From Gaiellaceae bacterium (GTDB taxonomy: Bacteria; Actinomycetota; Thermoleophilia; Gaiellales; Gaiellaceae), in the NCBI GenBank assembly GCA_035258645.1, contig DATFXA010000010.1, positions 1-27,564 on the forward strand: a DNA stretch of 27,564 nucleotides, in the 5' to 3' direction. Shown here piece after piece: positions 17,780-25,227 of the stretch (positions within the stretch are counted from its first letter, which is position 1; every line of letters starts with the position of its first letter). Position numbers and translations under genes: made by a program. The notes beneath the pieces are model-generated. The model ran no database searches and had not been told where the DNA came from. It saw nothing but the letters and a program-made list of their open reading frames with translations.

Positions 17780-18630
17780 AGGTCCTCGTCACCGGCGCCA
17801 ACGGCTTTCTCGGCTCCCGTGCCTCGGAGCTGTTCGCGGCGAACGGTCACGAGATCGTCCGAGTCTCACGGCCGGGCGCCGCCGAGCGTGCGGGAGCGAA
17901 GGACGCCATCCCGGTCGACGCAGGCGACCCCGCCGCTCGCGCTTTGATCGCTGGTTGCGACGCCGTCCTGCACTTTGCCGGGATTCCGGATCCCGCACGC
18001 GCGCGCGAGGACCCGGCCCGCGCCGTGCGCGAGAACGCCGGCACGACCCTGAACCTCCTCGAAGGCTGCTTGGAGCACGGAGCGGGGCTCGTCTATCCGT
18101 CGACCGTGCGTGCGGCGCTCGACCCGCCGCCGGACCCGTACGCGCACTCGAAGCGCCTGGGCGAGGACGCATGCCGCCTGCACGAGGCGCCGTCGCTCGT
18201 CGTTCGCCTGACGTCGGTTTACGGCCCGGGCCAGGTCGCCCGGGAGGGCGCCACCGGTGCGATTGCCTGGTTTGCCGCCCGGGCACTCGCGAGCGAGCCG
18301 ATCGTGATCGCAGGCGACCCGCACCGCAGCCGCGACTTCGTCTTCGTCGACGACGCCCTGGCTGCCATCGAGGCGCTGATCGACGACGGTCGCTGGAACG
18401 AGACGGTATTGGTCGCCAGCGGGCGCTCGACTAGGCTCTTGACCGCTGCCGAGCTCGTGCGCGACGCCGCCGGATCGTCGTCGCCGATCGAGACCCCGGG
18501 AGGGGACCTGCCGACGGGAGAGAACGAGAGCTATCAGGCCGCTCCGGAGGCGCCGTTACCCTTGAACCTCTCCCTGGAAGAGGGAATCCGCCGCTATGTC
18601 GACTGGCTCACCAAACGCTACGCGTCCTGA
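17776..18630 (+). CDS. NAD-dependent epimerase/dehydratase/reductase, extended SDR (284 aa)
   Basis: VTGANGFLG, HFAG, N..T.NLLE, YPST, PYAHSK (YxxxK), RLTSVYGPGQ, RDFVFVDD; ATGA overlap with the previous gene. Confidence 0.9.
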   Translation: MKVLVTGANGFLGSRASELFAANGHEIVRVSRPGAAERAGAKDAIPVDAGDPAARALIAGCDAVLHFAGIPDPARAREDPARAVRENAGTTLNLLEGCLEHGAGLVYPSTVRAALDPPPDPYAHSKRLGEDACRLHEAPSLVVRLTSVYGPGQVAREGATGAIAWFAARALASEPIVIAGDPHRSRDFVFVDDALAAIEALIDDGRWNETVLVASGRSTRLLTAAELVRDAAGSSSPIETPGGDLPTGENESYQAAPEAPLPLNLSLEEGIRRYVDWLTKRYAS

Positions 18631-18657
18631 GATCACGCGACTGGAATCGCAGCGACG

Positions 18658-20667
18658 ATGACTGACCTGTCTCCGCGGCCGATTCCGATGCTCAAGTCAG
18701 CGCCTGACCCTGGTCAGCTCGCCGACCGGCTCGACGGGGGTGACTGGAGAGGGCTCGAGATCGCGCTGATGCCCAGTGACGTGGCCGGCGAGGACGCCCT
18801 CGACAGGGCCGTTCGGGCGGTGAGTGATGTAGGTGTACACCACCATCAGCTGACCATAACGGCCGAGGCGCCCGTCGCCTGGCCGAGCGGCGCATTCGTC
18901 CGCGTCGACCGTCTGGACGACGAAGCACGGAGCGGGATCGAGCGGAGCGTGGAGTTCGCGGCACGAGTCGGCTCCCCCGTGCTGACGATCCACCTCTTCA
19001 TTCCGCTCACGCCCGACGAGTTCCGCGCCTCCGGCGCGATCGACGCGGACGCGGTCGAAGAGTTCCTCGGCTTCTACACGGCGGCCTGTCTCGCCCAGGG
19101 GGTCACGCCGCTGATCGAGAACGTGCCGCCCGTGCTGCGGATGCGGACCGGCGGGGTCTTCCTCTCCCCCATCGGCGGCCACTGGCGCGACCTCCTGGAC
19201 TGGCGCGAGCGGGTACCCGAGCTCGGGTTCACGATCGACACATCCCACGCGGCGCTGTTCCGGTCGTTCGCGACCGTCTACCCAGGCCTGTTCGCGCACC
19301 CCTGGGACGAGGAGCTCGAGCTCGGCCGCTACGTGGAGGAGCTCGGCCCGCATGCCGAGGTTGCTCATGTCTCGAACGCACACGGGCTGCTCGGCGAGGG
19401 TCTCCCGTACGACTCGGGCGAGCTCGACCTCGACCCCGTCGTGCGGAGGCTTGAGGAGCTGGTGCCCTTCATCGTCGCGGAGATCAATGAGCCGGATCCA
19501 ATCCGCTCGGTCGAGATGAAGCGCGCATACCGCGCGATTGAGCGCGCGCTCGCGCTGCCGCCGGCGGAGTCACAGCCAGCTCGCCGCCGTATGCCGGTCG
19601 ACTCGTTCGACTGGCAGCAGGTGCTCGAGCGACGCGATCCCGTCCCATCCGTGCTCGAGCTTCAGGAGCGGTTCGGCGGGCGCCGGATCCTCCTCACCGG
19701 CGGGGGCGGCTCGATCGGCCGCGCGCTCGCCACCTTCCTCGGCGGGTTCCGCCCGGAGCGGGTCACGATCGTCGACGGGCACGAGTCTTCGCTGATCGCG
19801 GACCGGCGCGCGCGAGATCCGCAGACGCTCGGGCTCTTCAACCACGTCCTCTGCGACATCCGCGAACCGGGCCGGCTCGAGCGCGAGCTCGCTGCCGCCA
19901 AGCCCGAGATCGTCTTCCATCTCGCCGCCTACAAGCACGTCGACTGGGCCGAGGTCTTTCCGGAGGAATTCGTCGACACGAACCTGCACGGCTCATGGAA
20001 CGTGCTCCGTGCGGCCGAGGCCACGGGGGTCGAGACCGTCGTCGTCGCCTCGACCGACAAGGCGGCGCTGGCGCAGAGCTTCTACGGACGAACGAAGCGG
20101 TTCATGGAGCAGCTGACGGCCTTCGCAGCGCGGCGCGCCGGGGGGCAGCGGACGGCCGTCCGGCTCGTGAACGTGCTCGGCTCGGCAGGGGCGGCTTCCG
20201 AGATCTTTCTCAGCCAGGCACGTGCCGGCGTACCGCTGACGGTCACCGACACCGGCATGGTGCGCTACTGGATCACGATGCCGCACGCCACGTGCCTGGT
20301 CGCGCAGGCGGCCCTGCTCGCCGGCGACGGCGTGCCACTGTGCAGCCCGCACGATCCCGTGATGCTGACGGTCGGCGAACTGGCCGAGCGGATCTGGCGA
20401 CTCGCGGGGCCGGGAGGCGAGACGGAGATCGAACTGCTCGGCATCCGCCGCGGCGAGACGCTCAGCGAGGTGCTGACCGGCCCCGGCGAAACGCTCGGCG
20501 AGGAGTTCCACCAGGGGATTTGCGCGATCGACGGTGAGATCTCGACCGCGGGAGCGGCCTGGGTGGTCGAGCGGCTCCCGGCCCGCGGCAGCCGCGAAGA
20601 AGCGCGTGCCATCTGGCTCGAGGCGATGCAGCGGCCCGGCCTGCTGGCGCCGGCGCGCAGTGTTTGA
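18658..20667 (+). CDS. Fusion protein: xylose-isomerase/AP-endonuclease-2-like TIM barrel (about aa 1-300) plus CapD/PglF/PseB-type UDP-HexNAc 4,6-dehydratase domain (about aa 316-620), 669 aa
   Basis: TIM motifs LIEN(E154), IDTSH(D194/H197), AHVSN(H237), VAEI(E275). SDR motifs LTGGGGSIG, AAYKHV, STDKA, YGRTK, NVLGS.G, GIR.GE.L.E.L. One uninterrupted frame. Confidence 0.85.
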   Translation: MTDLSPRPIPMLKSAPDPGQLADRLDGGDWRGLEIALMPSDVAGEDALDRAVRAVSDVGVHHHQLTITAEAPVAWPSGAFVRVDRLDDEARSGIERSVEFAARVGSPVLTIHLFIPLTPDEFRASGAIDADAVEEFLGFYTAACLAQGVTPLIENVPPVLRMRTGGVFLSPIGGHWRDLLDWRERVPELGFTIDTSHAALFRSFATVYPGLFAHPWDEELELGRYVEELGPHAEVAHVSNAHGLLGEGLPYDSGELDLDPVVRRLEELVPFIVAEINEPDPIRSVEMKRAYRAIERALALPPAESQPARRRMPVDSFDWQQVLERRDPVPSVLELQERFGGRRILLTGGGGSIGRALATFLGGFRPERVTIVDGHESSLIADRRARDPQTLGLFNHVLCDIREPGRLERELAAAKPEIVFHLAAYKHVDWAEVFPEEFVDTNLHGSWNVLRAAEATGVETVVVASTDKAALAQSFYGRTKRFMEQLTAFAARRAGGQRTAVRLVNVLGSAGAASEIFLSQARAGVPLTVTDTGMVRYWITMPHATCLVAQAALLAGDGVPLCSPHDPVMLTVGELAERIWRLAGPGGETEIELLGIRRGETLSEVLTGPGETLGEEFHQGICAIDGEISTAGAAWVVERLPARGSREEARAIWLEAMQRPGLLAPARSV

Positions 20668-20670
20668 GGA

Positions 20671-20737
20671 GGGGCTGACCCGGCGGAGTCTGTCCCATGA
20701 ACCGTTCTTCGTTCGTGCCGGCTGGTGGGACGGTCCC
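20671..20737. repeat. Three short degenerate G-rich/CCC palindromic units in the gap between convergent genes
   Basis: GGGGCTGACCC (20671-20681), GAGTCTGTCCC (20686-20696), GGGACGGTCCC (20727-20737, perfect 5-bp arms). GTCCCA/TGGGAC can also pair. Confidence 0.35.
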
Positions 20738-20763
20738 TTTACCGACAGTTCCGGCTCGGAGCC

Positions 20764-21396
20764 TCAGCGGGTGCCGTACAAGCGATCGCCGGCGTCGCCG
20801 AGGCCCGGGACGATGAAGCCGCGCTCGTCGAGGCCGCGGTCGACCGCAGCCGTAACGATGTGGACGTCGGGATGCTCGCGATGCACGTGCTCGATCCCCT
20901 CCGGGGCCGAGACCAGGCAGACAAGCATCACCGACTTGGCGCCGGCCGCCTTGACGGTCGAAATCGCCGCCGAGCTCGAGTTTCCGGTCGCGAGCATCGG
21001 ATCGAGCACGATCGCGTCGCGCTGGTCGAGGTCACCCGGAAGCTTTACGTAGTACTCGACCGGCTGCAACGTCTCCTCGTCGCGGTACATCCCGAGGAAA
21101 CCGACCCGGGCGCTCGAGACAAGTGACAGGACCCCGTCGAGCATCCCGAGGCCCGCGCGCAGGACCGGGCAGACCGCCACTTTCTTGCCTGAGATCCGCG
21201 CGGCGACCATGGGCTCCAGGGGTGTGTTGATCTCGACCGGCTCGGTCGGAAGGTCCTTCGTGGCCTCGTAGGTGAGGAGCAGCGTCACTTCGTTCGCGAG
21301 CTTGCGGAAGTGGACCGTCGGCGTCTCCTGGTCGCGTAGGTACGACAGCTTGTGCTGGACCAGCGGATGCGAGACGACCGTGAGCGGGCTGCTCAC
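20764..21396 (-). CDS. upp: Uracil phosphoribosyltransferase (210 aa)
   Basis: HPLVQHKL..LRD..T....FR, VLRAGLGM, PRPP motif IVLDPMLATGNS, IVPGLGDAGDRLYGT; GTGA overlap with glyA. Confidence 0.98.
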   Translation of the reverse strand: MSSPLTVVSHPLVQHKLSYLRDQETPTVHFRKLANEVTLLLTYEATKDLPTEPVEINTPLEPMVAARISGKKVAVCPVLRAGLGMLDGVLSLVSSARVGFLGMYRDEETLQPVEYYVKLPGDLDQRDAIVLDPMLATGNSSSAAISTVKAAGAKSVMLVCLVSAPEGIEHVHREHPDVHIVTAAVDRGLDERGFIVPGLGDAGDRLYGTR

Positions 21397-22685
21397 GCCA
21401 CGTAGGTCGTGAAGCCGCGCCACCCCGGGTAGAGAGGGCGCCTATCGCACAGCCCGAGACTTCGCGCCGCCAGCGTGTCGAGATCGGGGCTCGGTTCGAG
21501 CGCCTCGACGATCACCTGTCCGACCTCGCGGAAGTCCGCCTCGTCGAACCCACGCATGGTCGCGGCAGGCGTCCCGATCCGAACGCCGGAGGCAACGGTC
21601 GGCGGGCGCTCGTCGAACGGAACCGTGTTCCGGTTGACGGTCAGCTTGACCTCGGCGAGGCGTTCCTCCGCATCCTTGCCCGTCCACTCTGTCGAACGAA
21701 GGTCGAGCTGGAGCAGGTGCGTGTCGGTGCCGCCGGTGAGTACGTCGAGCCCCCCCTCCTGGAGCGTGTCGGACAACTCGTCGGCGTTGCGCCGCACCTG
21801 GCGCTGGTACTCGCGGAAGGGCTCGGTCATGGCGATCCTGAAGCACGACGCCTTCGCCGCGATCGTGTGCATCAGCGGCCCGCCCTGGATCCCCGGGAAG
21901 ACGGCGCGGTCGACAGCCTGTGCGTGCTCCTCGTCGCAGAGAATGAAGCCGGCGCGCGGCCCGGCCAGCGTCTTGTGCGTCGTCGAAGTGACGAACTGGC
22001 AATGCGGAACCGGGTTCGGATGGAGGCCTGCAGCGACCAGCCCTGCGAAATGGGCCATGTCGCAGAGCAGCAGCGCGTCGACCTCGTCCGCGATCTCGCG
22101 GAACTTGTCGGCCTCGACGGTGCGCGGATATGCGGAGCCGCCGCAGACGATCAACTTCGGCCGGTTCTGCTTCGCAAGACGAAGCACCTCGTCGTAGTCG
22201 ACCACGTTCGTGTCGCGCGAGACGCCGTAGTGGACGATCGTGTACAGGCGGCCGGAGAAGTTGACCTTGAGTCCGTGCGTCAGGTGGCCGCCGTGGGAGA
22301 GCTCAAGCGAGAGAATGGTGTCGCCCGGCTCGAGCGCTGCCATGTAGACCGCCATGTTCGTCTGGGCTCCCGCATGCGGCTGCACGTTCGCGTGGTCGGC
22401 GCCGAAGAGCTCCTTTGCCCGGTCGATCGCGAGCTGCTCGATCTCGTCGACGACCTCGCAGCCGCCGTAGTAGCGCTTCCCGGGATAGCCCTCGGCGTAC
22501 TTGTTCGTCGGCACGCTGCCGACCGCCTCGAAGATTGACGGCCAGGTGAAGTTCTCGGACGCGATCAGCTCGATCTGGTTGCGCTCGCGCTCGAGCTCTC
22601 GGCCGAGAAGCTCGGCGATCTCCGGATCGATGTCGGCGAGTCCGGCGGTGCGAAGGTGCTGAAACGTTTCCGCGGCGACGGCCAT
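21393..22685 (-). CDS. glyA: Serine hydroxymethyltransferase (430 aa)
   Basis: ELIASENF, NKYAEGYPGKRYYGGCE, GGHLTHG, PLP-Lys motif STTHKTL.GPR.G, SGVRIGTPA; AGGAG RBS. Confidence 0.99.
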   Translation of the reverse strand: MAVAAETFQHLRTAGLADIDPEIAELLGRELERERNQIELIASENFTWPSIFEAVGSVPTNKYAEGYPGKRYYGGCEVVDEIEQLAIDRAKELFGADHANVQPHAGAQTNMAVYMAALEPGDTILSLELSHGGHLTHGLKVNFSGRLYTIVHYGVSRDTNVVDYDEVLRLAKQNRPKLIVCGGSAYPRTVEADKFREIADEVDALLLCDMAHFAGLVAAGLHPNPVPHCQFVTSTTHKTLAGPRAGFILCDEEHAQAVDRAVFPGIQGGPLMHTIAAKASCFRIAMTEPFREYQRQVRRNADELSDTLQEGGLDVLTGGTDTHLLQLDLRSTEWTGKDAEERLAEVKLTVNRNTVPFDERPPTVASGVRIGTPAATMRGFDEADFREVGQVIVEALEPSPDLDTLAARSLGLCDRRPLYPGWRGFTTYVA

Positions 22686-22715
22686 ACGGGCACTCCTGGT
22701 TCGTTTCGCCTGATG

Positions 22716-23339
22716 CTACTCGGCGACCACGCCGGCGAGCCGCTTCAGGACCTCGTCCGCAGCGACAACTCCCTCGCGGACGACCTTCGGCTCCTCGCCG
22801 GTGAGGTCGATCACCGTCGAGGGCACGCCGGGGAGCCGGCCGCCATCGAGCGCAGCGCCACAGCCCTCGAGAATCTCGTCCGGGACGTCAACCAGCTGCG
22901 CGGGATCCGTATCGCCGGGGTGGTTCGCGCTCGTCGCCATCACCAGGCTGAAGCCCGACAAGACGGCATCCGCGGGCGCCGGCAGCTCCGGCACGCGCAC
23001 GCCGATCGTCCCAGCGACCTCGCCCGTCAACCATGGGAAGCGCTGTGCGGGGTTCGGGACGACCAACGTGAGCGGCCCCGGCAGGAGAGCCCGAAGCACG
23101 ATTTCGATCGGGCCGCGGAGCTCGGGTAGGGACTCGACCAGCACGTCGACGTTGCTCGCCAGCAGCGCGCTCGGTTGCTTCGCGTCCCGGCCCTTCAGCT
23201 CATACGCGCGCCGGACGGGTTCCTCGATGTTGGGATTCGCGCAGAGGCCGTAGACGGTGTCGGTCGGAAGGACGACTGGAAGTCCTTCGTCCAGCGCCGC
23301 TACCGCCGCGCCGACCTCCCCGTCGCTCAGCCCGTCCAC
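22716..23339 (-). CDS. tsaC: L-threonylcarbamoyladenylate synthase (short TsaC/YrdC form, 207 aa)
   Basis: PTDTVYGL, KGR...QP, PGPLT.V, IGVRVP, TSAN, PSTVIDL; no C-terminal Sua5 domain. Confidence 0.95.
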   Translation of the reverse strand: MDGLSDGEVGAAVAALDEGLPVVLPTDTVYGLCANPNIEEPVRRAYELKGRDAKQPSALLASNVDVLVESLPELRGPIEIVLRALLPGPLTLVVPNPAQRFPWLTGEVAGTIGVRVPELPAPADAVLSGFSLVMATSANHPGDTDPAQLVDVPDEILEGCGAALDGGRLPGVPSTVIDLTGEEPKVVREGVVAADEVLKRLAGVVAE

Positions 23340-24163
23340 TGCGCCTCGATCACCCGGTCGCGACCCGCCATGTCTGGTGACACTCGCAACTGCTCGTAGC
23401 CGAGCCGGCGCAGCAGAGCAGCGACGTTAGGCGCCTGGTTCTCCGCGATCTCCAGGACGACCCAGCCGCCGGGCCGGAGCGCCTCCGTCGCAGCGCGCGC
23501 AACCGCCTCGGTCGCCCCGTGTGCGACGAGCGCGATCCTCGGCTCCCAGTCGCGCACTTCCGGCTGGAGGGTCTCGAGGTCCTCAGGCTCGACGTACGGC
23601 GGATTGGAGACAACGAGATCGAACGAGTCGTGCCCGAGCCCTTCGGTCAGATCGTGCTCGACCAGCCTGACCCGCCCGTTGATCTCGAGCAGGTCGAGGT
23701 TCTCGCGGGCGAGCGCAAGCGCGTCCTTCGAGGCGTCGATCGCGGTCACCTGCGCACGAGGGTGCTCGTCCACGATCGCGAGCGCGATTGCGCCGGTCCC
23801 GGTGCCGACGTCCAGTACGTTCGGGTGCCCCCCGTTCAGATGCTCGAGCGCGCGTTCGACCACGATCTCGGTCTCCGGCCGCGGAATCAGTGCGCGCTTG
23901 TCCGTCTTCAACGTCAGGCGCCGGAAGCCCCAGTGGCCGAGGATGTAGGCGAGCGGCTCCCGCGCGGCCCTACGAGCGAGCAAGTCCTTGTACCCCTCGT
24001 CCGCCTCGGGCGAGAGCTCGCGGCGAAGCTCCATGTAGAGCAGGGCCCGCGCGCAGTCGTCGCAGGCCTTCGCCAGGAGCAGCTCGGCCTCGAGCCGCGC
24101 CGTGTCGATGCCCGCTTCGGCGAGCACGTTCGTTCCGTGCGCGAGGGCTTCGCCGACCGTCAT
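23327..24163 (-). CDS. prmC: Release factor glutamine methyltransferase PrmC/HemK (278 aa)
   Basis: RRAAREPLAYILG, ALIPRPETE, LDVGTGTGAIALA, VSNPPY; immediately downstream of prfA. Confidence 0.97.
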   Translation of the reverse strand: MTVGEALAHGTNVLAEAGIDTARLEAELLLAKACDDCARALLYMELRRELSPEADEGYKDLLARRAAREPLAYILGHWGFRRLTLKTDKRALIPRPETEIVVERALEHLNGGHPNVLDVGTGTGAIALAIVDEHPRAQVTAIDASKDALALARENLDLLEINGRVRLVEHDLTEGLGHDSFDLVVSNPPYVEPEDLETLQPEVRDWEPRIALVAHGATEAVARAATEALRPGGWVVLEIAENQAPNVAALLRRLGYEQLRVSPDMAGRDRVIEAQWTG

Positions 24164-24164
24164 C

Positions 24165-25214
24165 TCAGACGGTTGCGGTCTCGAGCGCCTGGCGGCGCTC
24201 TTCTGCCTGGAGCGCTTCCGTGAACTCGTCCAGCTCGCCTTCGAGAACGCGATCGAGGTTGTGCACGGTCAGCTTTACGCGGTGATCCGTGACCCGGTTC
24301 TCCGGGTAGTTGTACGTCCGGATCTTCTCGGCGCGCTCGCCCGAGCCGATCTGCGAGCGCCGGGTCGCGGCCTGCTCGGCCGCCTGCCGCTCGCGTTCGA
24401 GCTCGTAGAGCCGGGCGCGCAACACCCGCAGTGCCTTCGTCTTGTTCTGAAGCTGCGACTTCTCGTCCTGCATCGCAACGACCGTGCCGGTCGGCAGGTG
24501 CGTGATCCGGACCGCTGAATCCGTCGTGTTGACGCTCTGTCCGCCGGGCCCGGTCGAGCGGTAGACGTCGATCTTGAGGTCGTTGTCGTTGATCTCGACG
24601 TCCACGTCCTCAGCTTCCGGCATCACGGCCACGGTCGCGGTCGACGTGTGGATCCTCCCCTGCGACTCGGTTACCGGCACCCGCTGCACACGATGAGTGC
24701 CTCCTTCCCATTTGAAGATGGAATATGCACCGTCGCCCTTCACCGCGAAGCTGATGCTCTGGAATCCGCCGGTCGCGTTCGGGCTCGCCTCCAGCTGCTC
24801 CCACTTGAACCCGCGCCGCTCGGCGTAGCGGGTCAGCATCCGAAAGACATCGCCGGCCCAGAGCGCCGCCTCGTCACCGCCCGCTGCCTGCCGGATCTCG
24901 ACGATCACGTCTTTGTGGTCCGCCGGATCCGTGTCGACGAGCGCGAGTTTCAGCTCCTGCTCCAGCTGTTCGACCCGCTGCTCGAGCTCCGGCACGAGCT
25001 CGCGCAGGTCGCCGTCGCTGCGCGCGGCCTCGAGATCGGAAGACGTCTCGCGCCATTCCTGGGCGAGTTTGTGTGCCCCCTCGAGCTCCTTCAGCCGCCG
25101 GCCGACCTCCGCCGCCTCGCGGTGGTCGTTGTAGACGGCAGGGTCGGACATCCGCTCCTGCGTCTCGACATAGGAGCGCTCGACCTCGTCGACGAGATCT
25201 TGCATCGCGGCCAT
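24165..25214 (-). CDS. prfA: Peptide chain release factor 1 (349 aa)
   Basis: [21 protein letters not shown] (PxT motif = RF1), [34 protein letters not shown]. Start at ATG 25214 or 25205. Confidence 0.98.
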   Translation of the reverse strand: MAAMQDLVDEVERSYVETQERMSDPAVYNDHREAAEVGRRLKELEGAHKLAQEWRETSSDLEAARSDGDLRELVPELEQRVEQLEQELKLALVDTDPADHKDVIVEIRQAAGGDEAALWAGDVFRMLTRYAERRGFKWEQLEASPNATGGFQSISFAVKGDGAYSIFKWEGGTHRVQRVPVTESQGRIHTSTATVAVMPEAEDVDVEINDNDLKIDVYRSTGPGGQSVNTTDSAVRITHLPTGTVVAMQDEKSQLQNKTKALRVLRARLYELERERQAAEQAATRRSQIGSGERAEKIRTYNYPENRVTDHRVKLTVHNLDRVLEGELDEFTEALQAEERRQALETATV

Positions 25215-25221
25215 TCGGGAG

Positions 25222-25227
25222 AGGTTA
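25222..25227 (-). promoter_or_regulatory. -10 element (TAACCT) for a leaderless prfA transcript
   Basis: TAnnnT exactly 7 nt before ATG 25214; no SD. Its TAA is also the upstream gene's stop codon. Confidence 0.6.

Noticed and set aside
22686-22715. ZTP or glycine riboswitch upstream of glyA
   Set aside because: The gap is only 30 nt and is largely occupied by the RBS.
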